DNA of 61,155 bases, the filler included, from Sphacelaria rigidula (taxonomy: Eukaryota): the NCBI GenBank assembly GCA_964200075.2. It is 9 parts of 9 records of this genome, joined end to end, with 100 filler letters (N's around TTAATTAATTAA, not from the genome) between each part and the next. Parts side by side here need not be neighbours in the genome. Positions count along the whole stretch, not along the records: positions 1 to 6,707 come from CAXNAA020018489.1; positions 6,808 to 13,514 come from CAXNAA020018490.1; 7 more parts are not named here. The stretch is one strand, 5' to 3'. A model generated the notes under the pieces. It made no database searches. It had not been told where the DNA came from and worked only from the letters and a program-made list of their open reading frames with translations. Shown piece after piece: positions 1 through 12,698 of the stretch. Each line of letters begins with the position of its first letter. Within the stretch, counting starts at the first letter, position 1. Both the position numbers and the translations under genes were made by a program.

Positions 1-670
1 AGTGCCGACAGGCGAAGGGTGCGGCACTACAGTGGGCGAACAAATAAATCTGCTGCTCGATGTGGTGGTAGTGCCGACTGGCGAAGAAAGAGTCTTAACA
101 GAGGAAGGAAGACTCCTCGACGTCGCGACGTGAAGTAGGGTTACAACTAGACTTGTCAGCGCCACGCGCGGTAGCCATACTGGTTGGCGAGGGAGATGAA
201 GGGGTGGTGACTGTCGGTGCCACAATACGGCCATGTGTGGGGGGGAAGGTGGGCGGCTAATCGCGATGACAATCGCAAACTACGATCAAAACGTAGTATC
301 CCATGAAATGAATGTATCTCGTTGATTTCGGATGATATTCACTTGCCTCTTTTGCACGCGGTGCAATGAGAAAGCTGAACTGGATACCTTGTAGTATCGC
401 ATACGTATACATCTGTCAACTCGATACACAAATCTGTGGAGGGAGCATCGCAGTGATATCCGTCGGAGATCGCATGCGAGATCTCATTTTCAGACTAGCT
501 GCTGCCTTCACCGGAAATGTGGTTTCATATCCAACAATTAAAGTTTCGTTACTACCTTGAGGAGGGTGGGCGGGGGCGGATCGGAAATATTTTGCATGCT
601 CCCGGTCATGTAATGTGACATCCCCGTGTCTACTGTCCACTCCTCGGTTCGGTTGTTCAAACCAGGAATG

Positions 671-1020
671 AACAAAGGGTTTAATAAAATAAGGCTGATC
701 AATGAAATGACGTTTGAGGAGGCTAGCTAGTATGCGACAAATTCCCGAGGGAAGTACCGTCCGCAAGTGCCTTCAATCATTTTCGGGGGGGGGGCGTACT
801 CATTTGTTGCTGCCTTAGCCGATTGACTATTGACCTTTCGAGAGGGGGCGTGGTCAATGTTCAAACGACCTAAGGCAAGCAACAAATGAGTACGCCCCAC
901 CCCCCCGAAAATGATCGAAGGCACTTGCGGACGGTACTTCCCTCGGGTTTTTGTCGCATACTGGCTAGCCTCCTCAAAGCTCTTTCCATTGATCAACCTA
1001 ATTTTATATAACCCCCTCTT
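671..1020. mobile_element. Foldback MITE, family A (older, diverged copy)
   Basis: Two long inverted arms; same sequence as 59722-60075; ends AACA.../...TCTT; flanks AATG / AGTG resemble a 4-bp TSD with one mismatch. Confidence 0.85.
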
Positions 1021-1839
1021 AGTGGATGTTTCCTTTTGAAACAATGTATACGCTCCCAAACCAATACCACCAAACCGAAACATGAACTCGCCGGTTTATA
1101 TAGACCTCTTCATGCCTAGCTGGATATGCTCCGAAAATGTGGCATCAGCGGGCGGCGTCTCGGTAGATTGCGGAGCACGAGGGCATTCACGTGAGTGATG
1201 GTCGTGAGGATCAAGTGTAGATGGACATTAGTAGGGTTGGTGGTAATGTCAGTAAGGTTTGTAGCATGTCGGGGTCGGTTGAGGGTAGAGTGAAACTGGG
1301 TATTGGGGTTGATATCGTTTGTGGGGGTATGGGTATGGGAAAGAGTATTGAATTTGCGGTGGTTGGTTTTGAAGTTCATGTTGAGGTGGAGGCGACTGCT
1401 GGGATTCATGTGTGGGCGAGGATGGAGATTGCTGCACACAGTGAGCAAACCCGGCGCCGTCGAAGGCGTGATCGTCGTTGGAGATGAGAACATCGCAGTC
1501 GTCGCTATAGTTTGCGGTCGGTTGAGCGGAGTTGGCGTGGGCGCATGATGATGAAGAATCGTCAGGGTGGGGGTATCCTCCGTGAAGTGCTGCGGCATAT
1601 GTGTTTGCCGTGCGTCTGAAATCTCGATCGCCTTTCGGCGACCGACAATTCTGCGCCCATTTCACGTTAGTGGGCATATGGGTGACCATCACTACAGGCA
1701 GAACATCCACCTGTACCGCGAGATGAGGGTGGTGTCAAAGGTGGTGGGGGTGTTCCCAGTGGCGCTGCAGCAGACACAAACGACCAGAAAAGCGGCACCA
1801 AAACAGTAGGCAAGAAGTACGACGGCATGCGAAACGAGT

Positions 1840-2931
1840 GTCATCGTTGCTTAGAGCCAGGGCACCGATGGTTTGACTGTACCACACACGTCATTCCAGC
1901 CCCGAAGAGATGACAGGGTTGCTCTGGTGATATCACAGCGTTTTGGCGACCGGTATGCAAGAAAATATGGAGGATAAGGTGGAAGAGCGTAATAGCAGTA
2001 ATGACGTTATTGGACGGTGGATAGCTTATAGTGGAGCAACATGTCATATGACTGAATGAGTTGAATTGCTCCGTGACCTGCAACCATCAGAGGAAACATT
2101 TCAGATCGGTAATGATATTCTCATCGGTGTTGAGTGTTGTGGATCGTTCACTGTAGTTTACAGACACCCAATCGCGAGCAGCACGAACTCTCGTGCTTCA
2201 CAAAAACTAGGAAGAGGTTGTGTTGATCTTAGCGGTCCCGAGATAACTTCTGCATTACTGGGGGAAAAGTATGTAATGATACTGAAGGAAAATTCTACCC
2301 GGTACGCCTGCGTATATTTTCTCGAGCGTAAGTCCGATACCGCTGACGCTTTCAGGAAGTGTATCGTTGATGTACGTGCGGATGGTGTACCTTCGGAAGT
2401 GATAACAGTTAGTTCTGACGACTGAGGGGGGGCGTTCTCATGTGTTGCTTGCCTTAGTCGTTCGACCATCTGACGACGGAGGGCGGGGGGTTGGTGGTGG
2501 TTTTGAAGGCGTGTGGAGGCACGATTATATCAAGCAGGAATTCACCAACGCGAGGTCCGGAACTGAACGGCCAGCTCTAGGTATCATTCAAAATGCCGCA
2601 CTTGCTGCTCGCATCCACGCCCCCATCCTCTTTCCACATGTCGAGCGGCCACCATCGGAGACCCTTTGGGCTGAGGCGATATATTGGGCGTGTGACGCCC
2701 TGAATCGCACCGCGACGACGTCCAACCCAGGCAACCAACGCCGAGCGAGATGTGGTACGGTAAGGCAACACCTGCCTCACTACATCCATTTCTTCGTTCG
2801 GGCTAGTGCCGCTGGACCCGACCGTCAAAGAAGTTCCCCGAGTGCGAGAGAAGCTTCTACCTCGGGCCCGGCATCGACCACCCCCGCGGTTCATTGCGGA
2901 TGCTGACGCGAGAAAAACGTAGTGGAGACAA
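1840..2931 (+). mobile_element. Decayed Ty1/copia LTR retrotransposon, integrase region
   Basis: ORFs 2066-2425 and 2442-2906 give VDLSGP...KYVMILKENSTRYACVYFLERKSD...VSSDD and LWAEAIYWACDALNRTATTSNPG, typical of copia integrase; internal deletions and frameshifts. Confidence 0.85.
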
Positions 2932-5700
2932 CACACGTGGACAGATAGCACCCTATGGGGCGCACTGTGCAGGTCCGTACAGGGTCCTCCACACTCTTTG
3001 AGAAAAAACCCTGACAGTGAAATGAAAAATCTGTACCCCTCGTAGTGTTTTGATAGGGTTTTCCCCAGGGTTGGATTTGCAGCCCTGTGTAGGCACGTCA
3101 GCAAAGCCCTGCACACTCATGTGGTAGTCGTTTGGTGGAAACACATCAAGTTTTTCTTTTGAAAATTTCAAATATTTTGGTACAAAATCTGTAAATTGAT
3201 ATATCTTCAATAGCTTGTCCTCCTGTCCGAGGTAAATTCCTCTCCACCCGATTTGAATCGAGCGAAAAGGAATTTATTTTGGACAGCAGGACAAGCTCTT
3301 CAAAACAGTCCTTTTCTCGCCCAAATAATTTCGGCAAAGTAGAGGATTTATTTAGAACAGCAGAAGAAGCTGTTCAAGATCGATCCCTTTCTCGCCCATT
3401 TTCGAGATGAGCAAAAAAAGGATCTATTTCGAAAAGCTCTTTTTGCTGCGCAAATCCCATGCACACTGGCAGATTCGGAATTTGACTGGCAGAAGAAGCT
3501 CGAAATAAATATTCACTTTTTCCTCGAATTCATCCAGAGATTGGAGGAAAAGAGATTTATGGCGAGCAGCGTCAGCTGTTGGGCAAATCCCGCATACTGC
3601 ATCCTTACCAGCGCATGGGATCCGACACGCAGAAAACGTTACTGAAAGGTATTCATCCTTTTGCCGCCCAGTCCATGTGTACATGGGCTAAAGGATGAAT
3701 AGCTCTCAACCGCTTTCCCTGAATAGAGATCCCACACGTTGGATACGTGTGTATGTCCACACCTGTGCTTCGTCTGAAGCTCCTGGGAAGGTGGGAAGAT
3801 GCCAGATGATCGGGTATACCTCGTCAATGTATTTACATTTTTCGAAAACCCCCGTCTTCCGTCCTCTACCAACACGAACCATTTTTAGAAAATATCACTT
3901 AGTCAATCGTATATGAATAGTATATGTGGACCATCACTCCGTATATTTATCACCGCACACAAATCGAACATCAATAAACGCACCCGCCCGCACAACTGTG
4001 TTATTATTCCGCCCAGCTATACCACCACAACCCGATACACACAAAACGAACATCAATGAATGCACCCGCCCACAACAGTATTATTCCGCCCAGCTATACC
4101 ACCACAACCCCGCAGCAAAGAACACGGGTTGGGCACAGGGATATAGACACATACACACTCCCGTGCGGGTGGATACGATGTATTTCTCGTTGGTGGAAAC
4201 TTGAGCACCTACTTCTGACATACGCGGGGTGCGTACACAGGCGCGGGTGCGAGGAACAATAATCGACCGGCCGCCTATGTTATGCATATACACACTCACA
4301 ATCATATGCATGCTGCGGATCGAGGACGCACCGCGATATAACATATACTGTAGTGCAGCATACAGGCCGCGCGTACGATATGCTGCACGTTGTTCAAGTC
4401 CTTTTCACGTCGCACTGTAGGTAGAGAACATACATATACATATTGTCCTGCGCTGTCTGTACAATATACTTTTCCCCTTCCTTTTCACGCCCTACTTACT
4501 GTGCTGCAGCAGTTGTGCGCGCAAATATGATGTGGAACGGGCGTGAAAAACTGAAGTTCGTGACGGTATATAACACCCGCCCCATATATCAAAATAAGCT
4601 GCAGGCATCTACATTGTATTTATAGCCAGCCATCTGCAGTACATGGCGCCGCACGTATAAGCACGGCGGTATAGCGCACTGTCCCGCATGCAATGGTATT
4701 GTACAGTCCAGTATAGTTTATTGTTGTGAATATATATCCCGATTACGCAGTATGCGATAAGATCGATGTTTCATTATCCCCTGTATATTGTTTTAGTTTC
4801 GTCGACGCGGGCCTACGGGGTTTTCATCAGGTGTATGCATCTATCAGCGAGGTCAATTGCGATCTGTTGTCATGACATCAGCTGCAACAAAAGCTCAAGT
4901 GCAGTATATAGGACTTGAACAGCTGATGCTGCTCGCGAGCAAGTTCTTTCTCCACCCAAGTTCAGGTGTTCTTGGTGGTGTAAAAATTCCATCTGCTATA
5001 TACAGTGTATATGGGATCATCTGTACAGCTGAAGCTCTTCGGAATGAATCCTTTCCCCCCTATATTCCAAGTTTGTAATTAGGATTTATTTCGAATGGAT
5101 CCTTTTTGCCCTATTCCAAGTTTGGAATCAGGATTTATTTCGAACAGCAGCGGCTGTCCAAATTTCAGGTTTTCATGACACTTGTGTCTCTAGAAACAAT
5201 TCGGGGGATTTCAGTGTTAGAGACACGAACCTTCGAGGACCCCAAAATACAGGAGTACAAAACACTTGTCCAATCCTTAACAACTACCACGCGTAGCTCC
5301 GTGTGTAAGACAGTGACTGTACAATGGTGAAGGTCAGGGATCGATTCCCCGTCCAAGCTAATCAGTTCTTTTTTCCGCCAGTACCTTGCGCCCGCAGCTG
5401 CATGTGGAGAGTAGTGTTTGTGCGTAAACACACTACACAGCATCACAGCATTCCCAGCAGCGATGAACTCTTCACGGGGCGACGGAACCCTGTGATGCAC
5501 ACTATTCATGACCACTGTAGAGAAACCCTGTGGAAAGGAACCCTGTGATGGACACTATTCATGACCACTGTAGGGAAACACTGTGGAGCGTCCTGTGCTA
5601 CGCTGGAAAACACTGTACAGTAAAATTCCCGCCAGAAACACTGCGCAGGGTACGCAAACCTTGTAGACCCCCTCCACAGGGTGCTATCTGTCCACGTGTG
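2932..5700. mobile_element. Probable non-autonomous DNA transposon bounded by 23-bp TIRs
   Basis: CACACGTGGACAGATAGCACCCT at 2932 and its exact reverse complement ending at 5700; internal tandem duplications (~3955-4110, ~5045-5145, ~5483-5587); no TSD recognisable. Confidence 0.65.
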
Positions 5701-6049
5701 CAGTAACACACAGCAAAACCATCTTTGCCCCCGAGACTCTGCAACTGTGAATCACTAGTTGTGGCTAAATGCACCGAACGACTGAGGTGTACACGCGTGT
5801 CGATGACGATGTCACCAGAGAGAGAAGCAACAACAGAGAGGAAGCTCCTCGCCCGTGCCCTTTGTGTGCCCTCGCTGGGCAATCACCAGTCGCTCGAGAG
5901 ACTGGCATCATGTATGTTACCAGCACATACCGATTTTTTCATGTGCCGGTAGGTATCCCCTGTGACGCCAGCAGGTTGCTAGAGAGCATCAACCGACAAG
6001 CTCACACTGCGACTGGCCAAAAAAGCAAGCGTCTCGACACTCGAACCGA

Positions 6050-6700
6050 GCGACGGCATTTGCGTTCTTGGGGATTCCAACAACCGATCATACGGATCGA
6101 CTCCGAGTCCCCGAAGCGTCGGTAGACCCAACGGAACGACACCATCCGTCCCCCGCATGATCGCAAACGATATTGGGGGTCATTTTGCTGGCCCCCAAGT
6201 AGTCAGGAACGCCAACTGTAGGGGAATCGTACGCTCTGTAACATTTATACGTTGCCCCGATGCGGTGATGGCCTGCCGCGCCCCGACCGAAAATGGAATT
6301 CGGATTTGCTCACCGGGGAGTAGGCGCTCCAGCATCTCCACAGTTAGCACCGACATACTCGTGAAGTGAGCGCCTGAATCCAACACCGCTTTGACCGATA
6401 TAGCTCCCCGCGCCCGTTGATCGGGCAGATATAACTCGGCAGGGACATAATTGTCTTGGTCCTCGACCGGCACCTGCTCCGCCGACTGAATGTTCGTAAT
6501 CCCCACTTGGCGCCATGGCTGCGCGCGCGGCGCAGGCAGAGACGCCCCCGCTGGGGTCACCGCCACCGCCGGCGGGTACGGAGCCCCGCCCGCAGCACCA
6601 AATTGCAGCGGTACCCCGGCCGACGCAGCAGCCGATCCAAATTGCAGGCGGATACAATACACATGGGGGCCCGGAGAAGTTTCTTTCCATCAAAATCTGT
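6050..6700 (-). mobile_element. Ty3/gypsy-like gag-protease remnant
   Basis: ORF 6180-6662 contains the retropepsin motif VKAVLDSGAHFTSMS; continues after a frameshift as ...GVVPLGLPTLRGLGVDPY. Confidence 0.75.
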
Positions 6701-6707
6701 CTTTTCC

Positions 6708-6807
6708 NNNNNNNNNNNNNNNNNNNNNNNNNNNNNNNNNNNNNNNNNNNNTTAATTAATTAANNNNNNNNNNNNNNNNNNNNNNNNNNNNNNNNNNNNN
6801 NNNNNNN
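6708..6807. other. Artificial 100-nt contig linker (also 13515-13614, 20321-20420, 27127-27226, 33933-34032, 40739-40838, 47545-47644, 54351-54450)
   Basis: Identical N44-TTAATTAATTAA-N44 blocks, which place stop codons in all six frames. Confidence 0.99.
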
Positions 6808-7118
6808 AAAAAAGGACAACTACAGATTCTGAAAATTTCTGATGCTGACTACTATAAAAGCTCCAAAAAGGCACTTTTCCAGATTTTTTTTTGTCTGTTA
6901 CAAGGAGCGGCCTCAAGGGAGTGTGAGACGACGATACTGTTCCGAGTCGACGTTACAACGGTCACGACAGGCCCAAACAGTCGACCTCATAACATGCAGC
7001 TAGAATAGTGAATTTTTCGTCTCATGAGACACTGCGTTAGATGGACGATGGCTATCCTGAGTGAGGTACGATGGAGTTGCATCTCCACACTAGGCAAGTT
7101 ATCGCCATCTCGACTCAC

Positions 7119-7475
7119 CAGCCTGCGTTGCGTAATGAAGTTGAGGTAGTAGCAGTCCAAAAACTTCGCAAAGCCCACAATGCCCCAGCCCTTGGCGATT
7201 AGGCATAGGCCGCCCCCAGCACGATTGCCTTCGTGGATCATATCCAACATATCAATCATGTCTAGTGGAGTGTATACCACAGGATCCTCCTGACAAATAT
7301 CTGCCAGGAAAGCTGGATGAGTAACGCGCCGATCGATCTTGAGAACACGATACTGCGTCTCCAGCTTGTCGGACGCGGTCACATACAAGTGCGATGTGGT
7401 TTGGTAAAGCACGAATCGCTCTAGCTTGGACACAACAGGTTCCAGGGTAGCTGCTTTTCCTGGGGCGTCCCTCAT
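7119..7475 (-). CDS. FIG4: Phosphoinositide phosphatase FIG4/SAC family, first coding exon (gene truncated by contig end)
   Basis: LERFVLYQTTSHLYVTASDKLETQYRVLKIDR...GIVGFAKFLDCYYLNFITQRRL matches the FIG4/SAC N-terminus; ATG at 7475; GTGAGT donor at 7118. Confidence 0.85.
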
Positions 7476-9744
7476 GTTGTGATTTCGCAGCACAAACAGG
7501 CACGCCGACCGCCTACGTCCGGTTGAAGGTCAGAACTGCAACTGCACTGAGGATGACACTGTACGTTCAGCGAGAGAGCGAGAGAGCCAGCCCACTTGCT
7601 ACCTGCCAAGTACAGAACAACTAGTTGTGCGTACTTTATCCCACTTTTTTTATGGGATATGTATCTAACCGAATCCCTTGCGCTGCAGTGATTGGCTTGG
7701 GGCTGGCTATCAGCGCATACGCACAACCAGAACCCCGATGCGACTTACACTTGTCACCTGTTCAGGGAGTGGGTACAACGAAATGAATTTGACTGTGGGT
7801 CTGATCACACAAAACATGCGAAGGTGGTGTCTGTGTTGTGGTACCGGCAATCGCATCTGCACCATCCCGAAGTCAAGCAGCAGGTCAGAAAGTAGAGAGA
7901 ACATTCGATCATGTACATGATGGGATTGAGAGCTTTGATATACACATTTAAAGATTGGCTATATAGTGTCGAAGCGCTTTCTTGCTGACTTGCACGCATT
8001 CTACACACACCTACACCTACAATTACCTGGGAATGTATATAGGACGAGACCCGAGCACACAAGCAGCAGCACTCCTTGTCCTTCAGTCCCGAAGTCCTCT
8101 GGATGTACGACTGTACAGCCAGTTTCACTGTACTGATATGTGCAGTACTATACATGTTCGGGTTGTACATTTTACTGTCGGCAAGTGTCACGTCAAGCTA
8201 TTACAGTGCAGTGCCGTTGCCGGAGGCAATATACCCGTACTGTACGAGTACCACCTCCGCTGTAGAATCCATCAAGCGGAGTAAACCTAGCCTCGATTTT
8301 TCGAAACCTATAATAGATGGTAGGCCGACAACGGTTGCGTCGAGGGATGTTACGGGAGCGTGGGGGCTTGTCTGCACAAGAAACCGTTTCTTCTTTCATG
8401 ATCATAACCCAAGATAACCTCAAGTGATGAGAGTTCGTAACTCACGCTACACGACATGATCATTTTGAAATGAGACTCGAGTATCAACTATAATAATCAG
8501 AGCCATCGGAGACGGTATACATTACACGAGCTGTACCCCCAAAAGTAGCGTGCTAGCGGCCAGCGAGCAACTCTCCTGCTCGGTTCACCGTGCACCGATG
8601 CACCGGAGAAACATCTGCCTTACTGCTCCACTTGGACCATACTGCAGGCAGTACCATCGTGGAATTTTCGCTGGACCAGGCAAGCTCTGGTGGCCGCAGT
8701 TTACATAACCAACGGTATTTTCGCGTACGGTGTATCGACCGCTGGGTGAAGACCTGGAAAGACTGCGAGAAAGCTGCGCTTTTGTAGTGTTTCCCCTGAT
8801 GTACTTAGTTTTGACACCCAACTGTTGGCAAAAGCCCAGCAGAGCAGTTGTAGATTGCTGCCCCAACAACAAATGCGTAAGCATACCTGCCGTTGTTGGA
8901 CCTGGAAGGAGCTATGCGCTTCGTTCGTATTGGCGGTGTCACTTTCTTGGTGATGATGTGCTGGTAGACACCATCTGTGTGATAAAAGGTGTATCATGGG
9001 GATACCACCATATTGCACATAAGTTGTAATACAGTATGGCAACATAGAGGACCTGCCGGTATGTTATGTAAGCTGCCCTCACGAAGAACAGGCCCTGAGT
9101 TGATTGATTTTTTCTCTGTAGCCATGAAACACTCCCAATATCAATGATGGCAACATTGCGGTTGTGTTTCACACCATGCCCTAGTACTTGGTATGCTGCT
9201 CCAGTATTTCGGCGAAACGTTGAGCAGAAGAGCTGACTGGAATCGTCGCCATTTTTGGTGAAATTTCATCTGTTATACAAATGCTGCTATGACACGATGG
9301 GATGAAGAACGAGAAATTGTCGCGTGAGTGGGTTGTATTTCATGTTCATTAATCCGATCGAGAAAGAAAGAACGCATTCCTGTATTAACCGGCCTCAGGC
9401 TTGAGTTTTACTGTGTGATGAACATAGCACCGTGAAGTATATTAAGTATATATTGAGGCTAGGCACTACCATGCTCATGTTAGGTCCACCTTTTGTGCGA
9501 TTTTCATAAGATGCTTCGAAGATGAGTGACGGAAAGAACTTGCCGTGTGTATATCCTTCTCGCCCGTCCACGTATGCTACAGAAAGAGCATTCCATATTC
9601 AACATGTGACGTGATCACACTAGCAAGTGTTGCTGATCTCTCTACTTACTTTTCGCGTATGCTGGCGTTTTTTGTGTATTTTCAAAAAAACGTACGGCAT
9701 TCTTCCTAGGTTTCGGACGAAATTGGCTCTGGACTACATATCCA

Positions 9745-10521
9745 ATGCGCTCCCCCGCCGCCCTGCGTAACTTGCCGACGCAACTCGCTGTTGCTACCAA
9801 GTCACCGTGGGTGTACACAGTCCAGGGGGTGAACCCCGACTCCATCCTTCACCCCCGTGGGCGCTTGAGCTCCTTGCGCGCGGAATTCACGACTCCTGCT
9901 TCTTTGAACTACGAACTACCCAGGGACGGCCGACCTGAGTTGGCATTTGCAGGGCGATCGAACGCCGGGAAGTCTACGCTTATCGGAAAGTTGGTTGGGA
10001 CGTCGAAGCTTGTCAGGACCTCGAAGACACCGGGATGCACAAAGACGATTAATCTTTTTGCCTTGCGGGGGGGTGGCCCTGGGCCGCCACAGTCATATCT
10101 TGTTGATCTTCCTGGGTATGGCTTCGCGAACGAACGGAGAGAAGCTGTGCGGGAATGGACTACTATCGTGAGAGATTACTTGGAACACAGGCCGTTTGAC
10201 CTGCTGCGTCGGGCGTTTGTTCTAGTAGACAGCCGACATGGCCTGCAGCGTGGCGACGAGAATATCCTCTCGATTCTCGATAGAGCAGGTGTATCAACCC
10301 AAGTAATACTGACGAAAGTCGATAAGGTACGGCCTGCTGAGCTCTTGAAAGCAGTGGAAGGCGTGTGTCAAAGTTTTTTGGTTCACGGATCGTGTTATCC
10401 GGTCGTGCACTGCGTCAGTGCTCGAACAGGACTCGGCATGGTTGAACTCGCCGATACCATTTGGCACTTGTCGACAGAGTCAACACGAAAGACACGCCAC
10501 CACCCTCAGCGGCGGAGGTAG
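9745..10521 (+). CDS. engB: EngB/YihA (YsxC) ribosome-biogenesis GTPase, probably organellar; true 5' end uncertain
   Basis: G1 AFAGRSNAGKSTL, G2 SKTPGCT, G3 DLPGYG, G4 TKVD, G5 VSA; possible acceptor TTCCTAG at 9703-9709 suggests an upstream exon. Confidence 0.92.
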   Translation: MRSPAALRNLPTQLAVATKSPWVYTVQGVNPDSILHPRGRLSSLRAEFTTPASLNYELPRDGRPELAFAGRSNAGKSTLIGKLVGTSKLVRTSKTPGCTKTINLFALRGGGPGPPQSYLVDLPGYGFANERREAVREWTTIVRDYLEHRPFDLLRRAFVLVDSRHGLQRGDENILSILDRAGVSTQVILTKVDKVRPAELLKAVEGVCQSFLVHGSCYPVVHCVSARTGLGMVELADTIWHLSTESTRKTRHHPQRRR

Positions 10522-10904
10522 GAATAAACGTAGGTACAACAATGGTTTTGCGACAAAGATTTTTAATATTGTGAAGCACTTTGCGTAGCATACTTGCACT
10601 TGCATTGATGGAGCAAAGGACTATATTGTCGTATGGGGCAAGTCCAGGCAGGGTGCGCCTTGTGGTCAAGGTGCATATCGCGTTGGGAAAATTCGTGGTC
10701 TACTTGTAGTGAACGTCTACGTTGGTGTGTCATTTTGACTTGTGTTTCCAGCCCAGCGTGATGCGTGTACCATCGAGACGAAATCTGGCATAACACTCAA
10801 CATTAGGACACGTCATCATGGTAAGGTTCGAGGACTCTACTTGCACGAAGCACACAAACACGATCACCCGAAACCGCGCTATAGCAAAAGAGAAAGGGGC
10901 GATA

Positions 10905-11255
10905 TCATGCATTGTCCAAGGCTGCCACACCCGGAAGCTCTTTGCCCTCGAGAAGCTCTAAGCTTGCTCCTCCTCCCGTAGAAATGTGGCTTATCTGGCT
11001 ACTTACGCCGGCCTTTTCCACTGCAGCAACACAATCGCCACCCCCGACAATTGTCGTGGCGCCTTGTGCTGTGCGTGAAGCCAATGCCTTCGCGATTTCG
11101 TTTGTTCCGGCAGCGAAAGATTCCCACTCAAACACTCCCAAGGGACCGTTCCACAATACTGTCTGAGCTGTTGCCATCTCATCCTTGAAGTCCATCACGG
11201 CGTCTGTGCCGATGTCGAGGCCCATCCATCCGTCAGGAATCTCGCCGGCAGCCAC
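10905..11255 (-). CDS. PGK: Phosphoglycerate kinase, last exon
   Basis: [48 protein letters not shown] acceptor before 11255; TGA stop. Confidence 0.97.
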   Translation of the reverse strand: MAAGEIPDGWMGLDIGTDAVMDFKDEMATAQTVLWNGPLGVFEWESFAAGTNEIAKALASRTAQGATTIVGGGDCVAAVEKAGVSSQISHISTGGGASLELLEGKELPGVAALDNA

Positions 11256-12146
11256 CTATAGAGAACAGCAGAGTTGCGGATGAAGGGTGCAACAGCCCTT
11301 TAGCAATCGCGGCCTGCGAACAACCAACAAGCCTGAATGACGGTGATCGCTAGCTACTACACGGCGACATCGTGAGAAATCACCAGCAAGCAAGACCGTC
11401 TGCCTGACGCTATGAGCTGGGCCAGCCTAACTGAATGGCTTGGGTGGGCAGCCAAACCGCTCTTCTGACGTGTATGTATGGTCACTACGGGGTCCGGCCC
11501 ATGCCTGGCTACTTTGAAAACACAAAATACGACCAGAGAGTGGCAGAAACGAATTCTCGCATGCGCCAAGGGCAGCAGTCACCACCGACTGTAAAGATGG
11601 CCGTTAGGTACGTTGCCATTGTCGGTTGCCCGGGGTCTGTTCTAGATAAAGACATTGCTGTGTCAGCCGATTTTCGCGTACTTGCTAGACTCCCTCTTAG
11701 CTGGTGTAGGTGTTGATTTCGTGGGTCAGCATATCTGTGTAGGTTCACTCGCCGCCCCCTTTTGGGGGCTTAGATGGGTCCGGTGTTGACCCATTCTTTC
11801 GCCGTACTAAAATCAGATGGTTCATAAAAAAAATATACTGCGTCAGCAACCAATGTGCTCTATGTCGACACACGGTACACAACAGTTGCATAACGTGGGC
11901 GGAACGCTTTTTCCTTTCTTCGTTGTTCATATTTTGGCGCTTTTGGTCGTTCAAGCTTGGACATGAGCAATGTGCCCATGAAATTGGTTCAGTCTCCGCC
12001 ATGTAATGATGAAATTGTATGGCCTGTGTGTACACAAGCGGTAATTTTCGCCCTAGTCGCCGAAGAGGAAAGCAATGTATATTTAACCTCGCATGATGGT
12101 GATTGCATGCATCCAACATGTCTGGACAATTCGGACGAATGCTCAC

Positions 12147-12383
12147 CACTTTGGTCGCCGCATCCGCAGCGAAACGGTCAGCAACAACGACGTCTTTTGG
12201 CAGTAGTAGCTTGACTCCTCTGGCTTCCGCTTTGTCCATGAGGTCTCGCGCCATATCAACGAAGTCTTCTTCTACCATTGAAGCGCCCGTAGATAATCCA
12301 AGGGCTCGATAGAACGTAAAGATCATCCCACCGCCTAGAAGGATGCTGTCACACTTGCCGAGTAGCGAGTCTAAAACAGGGAT
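12147..12383 (-). CDS. PGK: Phosphoglycerate kinase, penultimate exon
   Basis: [29 protein letters not shown]...[15 protein letters not shown] acceptor and GTGAGC donor; 237 nt, phase 0/0; GGGMIFTF resembles plastid/cyanobacterial-type PGK. Confidence 0.95.
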
Positions 12384-12491
12384 CTGTAGGAATCACAAAC
12401 GAGAACACGAAACGTCCAGGATTCTGAGCATCATCTTCTCGTACACCAACGAAAACACGAGAGATCACACCCCTCGGCAGGAATACCGTAC

Positions 12492-12698
12492 CTTAGTGGA
12501 CACCTTAGCACCACCTATGATAGCCATGAACGGCCGGGAAGGAGCGTCCACGGTACCCTTGAGGTAGTTGAGCTCCTTTTCCATCAAAAAGCCAGCCACG
12601 GAATGCTCCATGAAATTGGTCACGCCGACCGTCGACGCATGTGCGCGGTGAGCAGCACCGAACGCATCGTTCACGAATATGGTCGCCAAAGCAGCAAG
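12492..12698 (-). CDS. PGK: Phosphoglycerate kinase, internal exon (upstream exons not on this contig)
   Basis: [15 protein letters not shown]...[14 protein letters not shown] acceptor and GTACGG donor; 207 nt, in frame. Confidence 0.96.

Noticed and set aside
1116..1800. Thr/Pro/Gln-rich overlapping ORFs
   Set aside because: Low complexity with no recognisable domain; possibly retroelement debris but not supportable.
4780..4840. Hammerhead ribozyme-like CTGATGA...GAAAC on the minus strand
   Set aside because: Stem II is poor and no stem I/III partner or cleavage triplet can be formed; at most a decayed relic.
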